Of a stretch of DNA of 64,000 nucleotides, positions 50,100 through 63,222 are shown piece after piece. The position numbers and the translations under genes were made by a program. The notes under the pieces are model-generated. The model saw nothing but the letters and a program-made list of their open reading frames with translations, was not told the DNA's origin and ran no database searches. This stretch comes from Ylistrum balloti (taxonomy: Eukaryota), in contig NW_026782217.1 of the NCBI RefSeq assembly GCF_031769215.1, positions 620,001 through 684,000 of the forward strand. The letters are read 5' to 3'. Position 1 is the stretch's first letter; each line of letters starts with the position of its first letter.

Positions 50100-50214
50100 G
50101 TGTTTGTACTGTGTGTGTTTTGGAGATAGTTGCTATTTTTCTCTTGCGACGGTGAAAAGGCGCGGCGTTATTGTGTTGGAGTAGAGGGAAAACTCACACG
50201 ATTTCCAGCAACAG
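50100..50214 (+). other. Candidate non-coding first exon of the KY-like gene
   Basis: Locally CpG-richer stretch ending in the strong donor CAG|GTATGT. The first coding exon begins with an acceptor upstream of its ATG, so a 5' UTR exon must exist somewhere. Confidence 0.3.
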
Positions 50215-52321
50215 GTATGTGTATTTTTATAAAATAAATTTTCTATTCTATTGATTTAATAATTATTTTATTGCAGAAAGTTCGTACAATAGGATTGGAT
50301 ACAAGTTTTATCAACTTATAAAGCCCTCTCCACTACATAGTTTATACACAAATACTTAAACAACAAGTAATGTAACAATATATATAATAATAATAATTTT
50401 TGATTGAAACAAAAGTTAAGGACTGAAGAGAAGGAAGGAGGGTAGGTAAGGAAGGAAGAAAGGAGTATATAGTACAAAGGAGGAAAGGTGGGGAATGCAG
50501 AGAACTAGCCAAATCGCTCAGGTGCATCAATAAATTTTTGAACAGCTCTAGCTAAAAGCGAGTTTTTAGCCGAACCTACTTACGTCTCCGTTTAAAAGAA
50601 CGTTTACCGAAATATCACCCGAATACAATGACAGTTCGGTAAATAGGGTGTTACGAATTTGTATATAGTTGGTACAGTGAAGTAAGTAATGAAAGGAGTC
50701 TTGGAGGGATGTCCGCAGGAGCAAGATGTAGAGTTCGTGAGATTGGCTCTGAATAGGTCATAATTGAGTGAGCTCTATTTCTGAAACGACAATGAAGAAT
50801 ATCTAGCTGACGAGGGCCATATGATAAAAATCACGATTTAAGCTTGTTGGTGCTTCTTGTAAATTCAGTGAACCAACAATTTTTAAAGACTCCTCTAATA
50901 TATTCCAGAGATCAGTTGTAGAAGGGGAAAACGAGTTACACATAGATTGAAGGCGGTAAGTTGGCTGTCGTAACTGATCTGTGTTTTCTATTCTATTATT
51001 TACGAAGGCTTGTTATTCGCATAATCTAGTTGCATTTCCGCATTTTTTATTAATTAGTCTCACCTGGAATATTTAATGAATAAAACAATTTATAGACTAA
51101 ATCAGCAACATTAATATGAACGTAAATTTTACATTAACTGTAACTTTGGTTATAAGGCTGCTTAGTTATGTTATTGTTTATCTATCAAATTTGATTGATT
51201 TTGAAATGGAGACTTATTTTAGTAATATGTGGAAGACAAAGAATGATAAGCTGATTATTCCTACCAAACCCCTTGGCCCCACCCCATCCGCGTTATTTGA
51301 TCATCAAATTCGACAAATTTAATGACGTCATTTTGATCGCTGTACTACACATGTACTGGTATCTATATAAGCCTGAATGAAGTCGAGATACATGTGTTTT
51401 ATTTGAGACATGCTGACTCAAATATTTTCTATATAGGCTCATATTCAATGCTACTTATAATTTTTTTTTCTATAACGCCAATTCGACTATGATCGATCGT
51501 AAAAACTCAATTCTATTTAAATTTCATTCGACATCACATTATCCAATCAGTAACCCACGGATATTTACCGTAATTAATTAATTCACCGCTGATTTTGTCC
51601 ACGGCCGAACATTGTGAAGATATTTAAATCGACTGTTACTGAAGAAGTTTTAAACGTTCGTTATCTTATGTGTCACCATGTGTTATTTTAAGTGTACCTA
51701 GCATTGTAAGAAAAGGAGTTCGTGCCAAGTCCTCCTATTTGTAAATGTACCTATAAGAAGGACGAGTTATCAAATTACAACAATGCTTGTCCAAAATAAA
51801 TGATCAAATCCATTTAAAAGCATTATTGGCGATTTCACGTCTTCATAAAAGCCGTCAAAGTTATTAAATGAAGGATGTGTTGAGTTTTGTGTGAATGCCC
51901 AATTTAAAGTGCTATTTCGCTGGATTGTGTTAACGCCCTGGCACGGTAGCGCAACACTCAATGTTATTTTAATCTGTGATAGACCTTTCGCAGATGTATC
52001 AGAGTGCGGCATTACTACACCTCTGTTATGATCTTTATAAACATAATGTATATTTAACACCATTTGAAATCGACCGTTCCGTGTTTGATCATGGTCTTAA
52101 GATAGAGTGTCACAGCACTATTTTAACATATAGAAGAACTCAGAATATTTTCCTTCCGTTTTACGATGTGAAATATATATTTGTACAAGGGGATGTATAG
52201 ATAGCGATTTTTTCTACATGACTTATGTTAATTGTTTTTATTCCAGTCTCCGATAATCCCTTTGAGCTTTTCAATTATCTAAACAATATTTTGAAAAAAG
52301 TGTTCGTGAAACACTATGTCA

Positions 52322-52516
52322 CCGGTTGCAACAAAATTAAAACATATGGTGAAAAATCTTCGTACACCGGAAAGGTCACAAGGAGTACACATGCTAAATA
52401 TCAAAGCCTTACCTCTTACGGTGCAATAGTCATGGGTAAGATTAAATTTGACAAACAAACAAACAAACAGCTCAAAAACAACATGTCCCCGATCTTTCGA
52501 TCCGGAGGCATAAGAA
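52322..52516 (+). mobile_element. HINE-like non-autonomous element, 3' part
   Basis: (ACAA)n microsatellite, then the hairpin CCCGATC-TTTC-GATCCGG and GGCATAA end. Confidence 0.55.
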
Positions 52517-54208
52517 AAATCGAAATCAGATATTTTCTAAATATTATGACGACGGTTTATTATAATAGATAACAGAAAACAACTCCCAATTATTAATTTA
52601 GACACGTTTATTACTTAAAATGAAAGAAAAAAACAAACAAAAACAAAATATAAATATAAATAAAAAAAGGACAAAACAAACAAACACAAAAATAAACAAT
52701 AAAAACCCCGTACAACTCTTACACTGAAGCCTATCAACAGAAGTTATCGTCAGAGTTTATATTATCTTGTTTTTATAACAAGCAATTAGTAATTTCCTTG
52801 GTTGTCTTTCCAATAAATAAACAAAATGTTGTTTGTTTGTTTTTAACTATATCTAACGAGGGACACACGATAAAGACAAACCAAAACTCTTATATTCGAT
52901 ATTCCAACAAATAATGTTGTGAAGATTTCAACCCTGGGTAGTGACATTTAACCCCAAAGAGTAATTTCACTTTTGGAGTAATTATTGTAATGTACTAAAG
53001 GGAGTGAGACATCGAGGACGAATTTCATTTCATTTTTGTATGTCCTTTTTATATTGATTTAAGGTTAAAATATATAAAGAAGTATTATCATAAGAGTCCC
53101 TCTGTTTACAAACTTGTCCAACTATTATCTGTAAATAACGTCAAAGAGTTGTCAAATATAGGTAAATATTTGTATCTAGCCACTAAACGACGTAATTAAT
53201 TAATTACAGCTACATGTATTTATAACTTTTGTGCTTCTGTATTATGCTGTATTGTATGCTTATAGTCACTCTCCTATAACATATACATGTACAATATATC
53301 ATGTTTAGTCTGTACCTATAAGTCTTAAGACTTTTGGTGAATAAAAGAAAGAAAGAAAGAAAGGGCAGGAATTTCCGACCCTACGGGCCGATTATAATGT
53401 ACACAGGTCGTGGGACTGGGAATCAATGCAGGGTCCCTGTAGAACAGATCCATAGTATACTGTGGTCTAGCGGGCCTTAGTACTGAAAGGCTTGGTGATA
53501 CAACACGTAAGTCAAATATGACATAGTCATAAACGGGTATCGTATTTCCAGAAGGAATCAATACAAACATATCGAGGTTTTCAATATCAACCTAGACCCA
53601 CCTGTACAAAACCTAATTACCTTCCCACGAAAATACAAATAACTCATCATGCATATTTTACAGCGTGCATGAATTAAACACGAAATCCGAACATAAACTA
53701 TATCGGAAGCGATTTTAAAATAACATTATGGCTATGAAAACAATAATAAATTAATTAATATTAACAAATCTTAGATTATAAGACTAACCATGCTTTGAGT
53801 AATTTTAAACATGCGTGGTGTAGACCCAAGTAATAAACGCGGAGATAAGTGTTTAATCTTTAATGCAGTTCGGACCATTGATAGGACGAAGCTAGTGTCT
53901 TTACACGGTGAGCCAGATCATAAATGATAGATTGTTCGAGGTAAGTGGATTGCAGCAAGTAGGACGAAAGAATAGGCAAGATTGTTTATATAGAGAGGAG
54001 ACGAAGAGGAAATAGACGAATATTAGAGATGAAATGACAAGCATAAGGGATGCCACGAGCGATCGAGAAATTATAAAGTGAAAATAGAAGAAGCAAACAG
54101 ACAGAAAGTTGAGATATCATAAAGTAGATATATACGACGTTGGAGATAACAGGGAGTCGATATAGTCAGGAGTCGAGGGCGAAGAAAATAAAGAAGAAGT
54201 CGATATGG

Positions 54209-56243
54209 AAAGGAGACTGAGATGAAGGGACAGGAAGCAGGTGTAGAGAGTAGAATTAGGATGAGAGGACAGGAAGTAGGTAAAGAGAGGAGACGAGGGA
54301 AGAGAGGACGGGAAGTAGGTATAGAGAGAAGACGTAGGATGAGAGGATAGGAAGTAGGCGTAGAGAGGAGACTTAGGATGGGGGGGACAGGAAGTAGGCG
54401 TAGAGAGGAGACGTGGGATGAGAGGACAGGAAATAGGCGTTGAGAGGAGACATGGGATGAGAGGACAGGAAGTAGGCGTAGAGAGGAGACTAAGGATGAG
54501 AGGAGAGGAAGTAGGTAAAGAGAGGAGACGAGGAAAGAGAGGACGGGAAGTAGGCGTAGAGAGGAGACGTGGGATGAGAGGACAGGAAATAGGCGTTGAG
54601 AGGAGACGTGGGATGAGAGGACAGAAAGTAGGCGTAGAGAGGAGACTAAGGATGAGAGGACAGGAAGTAGGTAAAGAGAGGAGACGAGGGAAGAGAGGAC
54701 AGGAAGTAGGTATAGAAAGGAGACGTGGGATGATAGGACAGGAAGTAGGTAAAAAGAGGAGATGAGGGAAAAGGAACAGGAAGTAGGCGTAGAGAGAAGA
54801 CTAAGGATGAGAGGACAGGAAGTAGGTAAAGAGAGGAGACGAAGAAAGAGAGGACAGGAGGTAGACGTAGAGAGGAGACGTGGGCTGAGAGGACAGGAAG
54901 TAGACGTAGAGAGGAGACATGGGATGAGAGGACAGGAAGTAGGCTTAGAGAGGAGACTAAGGATGAGAGGACAGGAAGTAGGTAAAGAGAGGAGACGAGG
55001 AAAGAGAGGACGGGAAGTAGGCGTAGAGAGGAGACGTGGGATGAGAGGACAGGAAATAGGCGTTGAGAGGAGACGTGGGATGAGAGGACAGGAAGTAGGC
55101 GTAGAGAGGAGACTAAGGATGAGAGGACAGGAAGTAGGTAAAGAGAGGAGACGAGGGAAGAGAGGACAGGAAGTAGGTATAGAAAGGAGACGTGGGATGA
55201 TAGGACAGGAAGTAGGTAAAGAGAGGAGATGAGGGAAAAGGGACAGGAAGTAGGCGTAGAGAGAAGACTAAGGATGAGAGGACAGGAAGTAGGTAAAGAG
55301 AGGAGACGAAGAAAGAGAGGACAGGAGGTAGACGTAGAGAGGAGACGTGGGCTGAGAGGACAGGAAGTAGACGTAGAGAGGAGACTAAGGATGAGAGGAC
55401 AGGAAGTAGGTAAAGAGAGGAGACGAGGGAAGAGAGGACAGGAGGTAGGCGTAGAGAGGAGACGTGGGATGAGAGGACAGGAAGTAGGCGTAGAGAGGAG
55501 ACGCGGGAAGAGAGGACAGAAAGTAGGCGTAGAGAGGAGACTAAGGATGAGAGGACAGGAAGTAGGTAAAGAGAGGAGACGAGGGAAGAGAGGACAGGAA
55601 GTAGGTATAGAGAGGAGACGTGGGATGAGATGACAGGTAGCTGGTATAGAGAGGAGACGAGTAAAAAGTGACAGGATGTTGGTAAAGAGAGGAGACGAGG
55701 GAAGAGAGGACAGGAAGTAGGTAAAAAGAGGAGACGAGGGAAAAGGGACAAGAAGTAGGTATAAAGAGATGTGGAATGAGAGGACAGGTAGTTGATATAG
55801 AGAGGAGACGAGGGAAAAGGGACAGGAAGTTGGTATAGAGAGGAGTAGTGGGATGAGAGGACAGGAAGTTGGTATAAAGAGTTGTTGAATGACAGGAAGT
55901 TGGTATGGAGAGGAGTGGTTTAATGAGAGGACAGGAAGAAGGTATAGAGCGGAAACGGAGATGAAAGTACAGGAAGTAGGTGTAGAGAGGAGACGAGGGA
56001 AAAGGGACAGGAAGTAGGTATAGAGAGATGTGGAATGAGAGGACAGGAAGTTGGTTTAGAGAGGAGACGCGGGATGAAAGAACAGGAAGTAGGTATAGAG
56101 AGGAGACGAGAGAAAAGGGACGGAAGTAGTTATAAAGAGATGTGGAATGAGAGGAAAGGAAGTAAGTATAGAGAGGAGTAGTGGGATGGGAGGACAGGAA
56201 GTAGGTATAGAGAGGAAAAGTGGGATGAGAGGACAGGAAGTAG
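54209..56243. repeat. Purine-rich minisatellite, 39-bp unit GAGAGGACAGGAAGTAGGCGTAGAGAGGAGACGTGGGAT
   Basis: Read directly; degenerate toward the right end; 467-bp higher-order duplication (54762 vs 55229). Confidence 0.96.
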
Positions 56244-56979
56244 CAACTTAACCGGATCGCATACATTTTTTTTCACCAGTCGATTGTATCATCATCTAGA
56301 CTTGAATAGATATTTTTGAATAATTACCGACACCATTTCATTTTGAAATGGACCTACTTTCATAAAACTATACATTTATGAAAAACACAACAATTTGTAT
56401 AAATTTTCATTACCAATGTTTGCCTTACTTGAAAGAATTCGATTTATCATAAAGTTCAATCCGTAGATACGACTTTGTTTCACCTGAACACCAAAAATTG
56501 ATTACTATTAATTAATGGTACGTTGGAAACGGATATCGGTTACTGACGGTGTTGTTTGTGATGGATTTCCAGGTTCTCAATTACACCAAAAAAATCAATC
56601 GGTGTAGAAATTTTCTAAATCTGGTAATCTATAACGTAAACAGTTCATTAATCGTGGTTCTAGTAATATTAATAACGATAACAAATTCTAATATTAGGTC
56701 CAAACACTGATGGTGCAATGGATGTTATAAGCATTTCATGGATATTTGTTCCGGAATCCCATTTCTGTTTGGTTCAAATATAAGCACGATTTTATTAAAT
56801 ATTAAAGTTGGCCATAGAACGGATTTGACACGAAAGCATGTAAAGAACTTCCTCCTCTATCATTGATCAAATACGTACGTGCCAAATATAAGTATTTCTA
56901 TAAGTGTATCTAAGAGAGAATAAAATATAATTTACAACGTGTAGACTCACGACATTCTTAAAGAGAAGTGTGCATTCGT

Positions 56980-56983
<4 letters not shown>

Positions 56984-57032
<49 letters not shown>

Positions 57033-57044
57033 GGGGGGGGGGGG
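56984..57044. repeat. (GA)n microsatellite followed by a G23 homopolymer
   Basis: Read directly. Confidence 0.95.
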
Positions 57045-57825
57045 TAGCAGGCACGTTTTTTAAGGAACTGAATGTGAAAAGTTTTCCCATGAAATGTTTA
57101 ACCTCTAATCAAACTACATGTGATTTCATGGTTACAAAATACAATAATGTAGTTCAAAATGCAAAACAACAGCACAACTTGCCCCAAATATGACAAGTAC
57201 ACAAGTACAATCAATAAAAAGGATGAATTAGACATCCTGATTACACCAATTTAATAATTGGTTTCACTGAATTTCTAGATAGCACTGTAATACTTTTAAC
57301 TGGCCCCTTCTTCTTCAGAAAAGATATTACATGTAGATGTATAGGTATGGTATTTTTCATGATATAATTTTGGAATCGTTATCGTTTGAAAATGTTAGAC
57401 CAATGGCAATGACACTTCCGGTTTATGTGCCTTATTGTTGATGCTTGGGTTTTGTGCTTTCGCGGTGAACTAAGAAGAGTATTGTTCTCAAATATTATTT
57501 CATAATGATAGTCCACAATATGTGAACTAAATTATGAGTTGGATATCTTTAAGCATGATCTTCTTTCATTTGTCATTCATAGACATATGAATGATAACAG
57601 AATGGAAAGAAGCCATTTATGTTGGACTTGCCTTTATCCAGTTGGCATTCATGAATACCAAGTAAAATTTGATTGCTTACGTTTAATTTTCATTTTCTCA
57701 CCAGGGAGAACGACATTTAATAAAAAAAAACCATTCCTCTGTCAAGCACGTGATTATGTAGACTGAAACATCTACAATTTTTAGTATATTTGTTTCAGAT
57801 GAGAAATAAGTGATCTGAACGCACC

Positions 57826-58176
57826 ATGGGTTGTGGATCATCAACCGATACCAAACCGACGAATAGTCGAGAGACTCGGGATACCGTCATCAGTGATGTA
57901 GATATAGACGACAACTTCAACGAATCGTCCAAAAACAAGAATTGGAGCAACTCCTCTAGGAAGTCCCCGTCGCACACCGCCAGCTCACCAGCTCTTACTA
58001 ACAGACGTCAAGATTTGTCCAAGCATCAAACACTTAAATCGACCTCTGTCGATGAAGGTATTGAATTAGAAGCGTTAGACGAGGAAGATTATCCACCGAG
58101 ACCGTGCAGATTGAAGAAATCTGATATGATACAACACCCTAGTATGTTTACGAGCATCGATAGCCATGTTGCGAAG
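57826..58176 (+). CDS. KY: Kyphoscoliosis peptidase / hillarin-like protein, coding exon 1 of 4
   Basis: Acceptor TTTCAG| at 57798; ACCATGG start, MGCGSS...; ends HVAK|GTACGT. Family-level call only; orthology to vertebrate KY is not established. Confidence 0.82.
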
Positions 58177-58652
58177 GTACGTACAATAATGACACAACAT
58201 AGAGTTTATATGGCCCTTCCAATGTTTTCTATTTGTGGTCCAAACAACGTAAAATCTCACGAAAAAGATGTCAAAATTACTAGCCCTGAATCAGTTTCTA
58301 TTGGGTATACGTTGATGGCCCGAATTGACTGGCATATTAGTGTGACAACACGATGACTGACTTGAAATAGATCTCCATGGTCTTCCAAATCTTATCTACT
58401 ATCAACAAACTTTCTTTCGCATGCAAGTATTATTATTATTTATTTTTGTTTTTTATTTGCTTATTTTTTCAAATTTCGCATCAAAACGAATTGGCGAAAG
58501 TTGACAACCGCGAATATAAAACAGTATGATGCAGTCTATATCGCAAAAGTTAAGCAGAAGTGAAATGACAATGGTTAATAATACCAAAACGAGGCCTAAA
58601 TAGTGGCCTATGACATCAATAAATACAGTTTCATTTTTTTTTATTTTTGCAG

Positions 58653-58768
58653 ACTCCTAAATCAGCGACAACATCTATCCCAGAACTAGCAAAATATCTT
58701 TGTCAGCCAGCAAAGAATCGGCTAGAAAAGATTCGGGCCATTTACCAATGGGTGTCGAGAAACATTGA
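58653..58768 (+). CDS. KY: KY/hillarin-like, coding exon 2
   Basis: TTTGCAG|ACT; TPKSATTSIPELAKYLCQPAKNRLEKIRAIYQWVSRNI(E). Donor GA|GTAAGT. Confidence 0.9.
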
Positions 58769-58937
58769 GTAAGTGTAGGACTTCGAAAAAATGATGTTCA
58801 ATAAGCTCGTCCAGGATGGCAAATAACTGTCATTTTACCATCTGAAGACTAACTGATATAGCGTTTCATCGCCAATAAAAAAGAAAAAGAAAAATGGTGA
58901 AGTGATCTGGTAATTAGCTTTACATTGAATTCGATTA

Positions 58938-58953
58938 TGTATGTATGTATGTA

Positions 58954-58993
<40 letters not shown>

Positions 58994-59025
58994 TAATGGT
59001 GTGTGTGTGTGTGTGTGTGTGTGTG
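58938..59025. repeat. (GTAT)n/(GT)n compound microsatellite
   Basis: Read directly; intron 2 of the KY-like gene. Confidence 0.95.
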
Positions 59026-59083
59026 ACATAAGTATGTATTTTGTCTAACTCTCATTTAGTCATTAGTCAATGGAATGTTGCAG

Positions 59084-59209
59084 ATATGACGTCGCCGGAT
59101 TCTTCAATCTGGGTGGAGCTCAAAGAAAATCATGTGATCCAGAGTCTGTACTGCGCAGCCGCAGCAGTGTGTGTCAGGGCTACGCTGACCTATTTTTATT
59201 TCTCTGCAG
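59084..59209 (+). CDS. KY: KY/hillarin-like, coding exon 3 (catalytic Cys region)
   Basis: TGCAG|A; YDVAGFF...SVLRSRSSVCQGYADLFLFLC. Donor AG|GTGAGT. Confidence 0.92.
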
Positions 59210-59789
59210 GTGAGTCATTTCTGTCCTTAATGTACGTATCAGACAAGATTTCCCTCAAACTCGAAGTGATCTATTGATGTGTTTTCGACGTCATTTGAAA
59301 ACAAATGTGCTTGTTGTATATTCTTTATTGGTGTATATTGTCGTTCAATATACATTTTGTTTCGTTATATCTTCCGAAGGTTGTCATTGTGATTGACGAT
59401 ATTGTTTTGTGGTAGCACTAAAATCTCCAATGTTCAATGCTTGCTGACGTTATGGTACCTTTCGGCCTACCTCGGGTGATTCCAGTAAACTTCATTGATT
59501 GGTATTAATTTTGTTACGAAATCAGCCGAGATGTGACGAGCGGTAATGTGTGTAGTTCATATTATTAGTTTGTTTGATAATCTGTTGCTTTCTTCATGGT
59601 GTGCTATATATGTTTCGACTTCTAATCGCTGTCCTTGGGCACTGACGATGTAAAATGTTGATTTTTCAAAATCCCCTCCTGTTAGCAAATTTTGAACTTT
59701 ATGTAAAATTTCTAAAGATGTATTTGGTCTGGCCGGTACTACATTTTTTCTCTCAGACACAATATTTTTTACGACGTTTGATATTTCAG

Positions 59790-61092
59790 AGAAGCACGTG
59801 TTCCAGCGAAGACCATCTCTGGATATGCCAAGGGATATGGCCACAAACCTGGCGTCGCCATAACAACCAAGACAGATACCAACCATGCGTGGAATGCTGT
59901 GTTTGTTCAAAATGAATGGCGGCTTGTTGATTGCACGTGGGACGCCGGTCACGTGGACGGTAATACATTCCACAGACATGAAGGAGAGTTTTATTTCTTG
60001 ACTGACCCAGATGTCTTCATCAACGACCATTTCCCATACAACAAAACGGACATGGCAGTAAGTCAGCAGTGGCAGCTGATAAGCCCTCCACATGACTTAG
60101 AGACATTCAGCAAGTCTGCTGCGATAAAAAAGCATGCCTTTCTGTATAATCTTGAATTCATGTCACACAGAGATGCGGTGATTACAGTGAACAAGGACGT
60201 CATTGTCAAATTTGTTGCTAAAGGGAAGGCTCTCAAAAATACAGGAGCACACCTTAATGATATGGAGGGAACTTCGTTCGACCAATGCGTATTTGTCGAA
60301 AAAGAAAGAGACAAAACCTATTGTGTAACCGTTAAACCTCAAAAACCGGGAACATACAATCTGAGAATATTCGGTAACCAAGGAGAACAACAAACTTTAG
60401 ATAGTCTAGTTACATACGTGATTGAATGTAAAACAGTTGACAAGGCCGTAAAATCATTTCCGGTTCATTTCGGTTTGTGGGGAGCCGGACCTTACTACGC
60501 AGATTTCGGTTTCGACGATCGAGTAGCACAAAAGGCATTGTTTGAATCGGATTCAGGAGAATTAGAAATACGTTTGCCGTTCACGGAACCAGTAAAAGCT
60601 TTAGGAAAACTGGCTAACTCAGAAGATGAGAATGGCGATGATCAATTTCTAATGATGGAGCAAGGGCAAAGTGAGCTCCTGGTCCATGTACGAATGAACA
60701 GATTGGGATTTTACAAATTACTCATATTTGCTAAAAAGGAAAAAAGTGCCTCTTATGACCTAGCATTGCAGTATCTCATTAACTGTAAGAATCCGGGGAA
60801 ACAGTATCAGGCATTCCCGCATGTCTATCCTGAAGCTTTGGCAGGACGCATGACCCTAGTTGAACCTAAAACAAGGTCACTTCCGGCGGAAACGAAAGTT
60901 CATTTTCGACTTAGTTCTTCCGTTATCGACACTCTAATGATAGGACATACTACCTTTGAAAGAGGAGTCAACAACACTTGGGACGTAGATGTGGTGACGC
61001 CATCTTCTGGCGAAAATTTATGCGTTTTCGGACGTAGCAGTAACACTGGTGGTGGTTCCTTCACCGGTCTTTACAAATTTGACATTAGATGA
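59790..61092 (+). CDS. KY: KY/hillarin-like, terminal coding exon 4
   Basis: TTTCAG|A; ISGYAKG...NHAWNAV...WRLVDCTWDAG...FYFLTDPDVFINDHFP, then C-terminal beta-rich repeats and a stop at 61092. Total 1896 nt = 631 aa. Confidence 0.93.
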
Positions 61093-61751
61093 TTGTAGAT
61101 ATTCTAATATCTTATTGTCTTAGATAACGTCTAGAACGAAGCCCGGTTATACTGTAAAAATTGTTTTCATCTTGAAATTGTAGGAACTTTATGTCAAGCG
61201 GTTAATAGACTTGAGGTATCCGAAAAGCAAAGAATTTTACTGAAAAACGTACGTTAATAACACATCCTAGATTTTTGTATCAACAACAACTGCTTAACAA
61301 GCTGTCAGCTGATGGAAGAAATCGGACATGTTCATGGGGAGACCCACGTGGCATGTGACCTCATACATTTCCTGTTATGCCTAGTTCATAGGTCATTTTA
61401 TTATCGCAGTTTTTCCCGGCCACTCTTCCTGCACTTTTTCCATGAAGTCAGGGGTCAAAGTGCGCAAATCTATGAAGGGAAGTATAAAAATCAGAACAAC
61501 CATAGAACACATCTTAAAATATGTTTGTTGTCATAAAATGACCTCAATATATGTTTATCACATCTACAGAAGACGCAAGTTAAACATTTTCATATTTCCT
61601 GTTGTTGCAGCAAAGGCTTTTGAAATGTAAAATCTTTTCATATACCTATCTTCAACAACATCGCAGTTTTCAATCGTCCTTCTGTGGTCTGCATTTTAAG
61701 TTCAGACTAAATCTGTTCTACAATTGCTTGCATGACAATAGAATAGAAATT

Positions 61752-62120
61752 TTTATATCACAACCAGTAGAAGATTGGACTTCACGGTCATCTTCATCAC
61801 ACAAAAGCCCAGTGTGAAGCGTACTAACACTGACAAAAGCAATACACTACCTTGTGTATTTTTGGTCTATAATCTGTTTACCATCTCGTCACACTATTTT
61901 CGACCTTGGTGTACATACGGTTATATAAAGTTAGTCGATTTCGTACCATCTCGTCCACTACGTAGGCCAGTGATATTACGCTATACTCTGGTCATTTGTC
62001 TGATGAAGGTGACCATGTAGGTATCGAAACGTCACTCCGTAATCTTCTACTGGTTGTGTTATAATATGAAGGTGACCGTGTAGTCATCGAAACGTCACAC
62101 TCTAATCTTCTACTGGTTGA
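61752..62120 (+). mobile_element. Penelope-type terminal remnant with two tandem and one inverted hammerhead-like modules
   Basis: CUGAUGA-A-GGUGAC(CAUGUA)GGUAUC-GAAAC-GUC at 62000-62033; a degenerate second copy about 65 nt downstream; an inverted partial copy at about 61752-61805 sharing AATCTTCTACTGGTTG. Confidence 0.55.
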
Positions 62121-63163
62121 CATTATTGACAAAATGTTCCAAAATATGCTTAAATGATAGTTGTTTTGGAGGCTATTTGCTACATAGCTATTATTTTGAT
62201 TCTTTATTTTGTTAAATTGTTACATTTTCAAGGTTATATTTATACTCTAGCTCTTTCAAAGTGTTTGTGTCATTTATTCAGTATAAAATGTTTTTAAAAC
62301 ATTGTGCGATCAGGACTAGGTTAAACCCAAGGGTCAAGAAGTTGTCTATGGGTATTTGCATTCTTAAAGGGGAAACACGACATTTTAAGCTAGGTCGACA
62401 ATATTTCATTTGTTGTTATAAAAAATATTGTTTATGTGCTTTGAAATATGTCACAATAACATGAATATTCATATTGGAAGATTATATTGTTGTGAAAGTA
62501 GTTAATCCCGAAACACATATCCCTAATTGGGTAACCTGGCTGTGTCTAATGGGTTTATAGTCCGTTTCAAATTAGTTATCTCGTGTATATCTATTAACCT
62601 GTGCTTTTATCTGTAGCTACGTGTTATATTGTGTTTAGTTGCTTTGGTAGGAAACTGGTGATGTTAAATATGATAAAATCAATACATATTGAAATTTATT
62701 TTCATTTCAAATCTAGAAATTTTCTTCATGTTAAACAAAATAAAGTAATTATCATTAAAATTTTACTTCTTCACTAATGATTATACCTGTATTATTCTTT
62801 AAGAAATGTAAACTATTTTTGTAGTCTGATAATGACGCTATATTGTATTGTATGAAATGTTGGATTATATACTGATAACGTTAATGTTTTTAGCAGTGAA
62901 CTTATTGTAGCGATTGTGTTGATTACAGTGCCTTTAAGCTGATTAAATAGCAATTATTGTAGAACAATGAATGGATCGTTACTCTAATTTGCCAGTGTAA
63001 TGATAACGAGCTAAAATCATATTGCACTGTATTAAGTACGTTTAAAATATTCATCTGTAACATTTGACCGCATTTTGTTCCAGCACGGAATGTGATGAAC
63101 ATCTGTCACAAGGTACAAGCGGAGAGTTTAAAATAGTGATTAGTATTAACTTCTGACCCCACG

Positions 63164-63169
<6 letters not shown>

Positions 63170-63220
<51 letters not shown>
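63170..63220. repeat. (CT)n microsatellite
   Basis: Read directly. Confidence 0.95.

Positions 63221-63222
<2 letters not shown>

Noticed and set aside
54418-56266. Arg/Gly/Glu-rich and Leu/Ser-rich ORFs
   Set aside because: Translations of the 39-bp array, interrupted by frameshifts and stops.
58177-58356. C-terminal part of the 176-aa ORF
   Set aside because: Read-through into intron 1 past the AAG|GTACGT donor; splicing there restores the KY-like frame.
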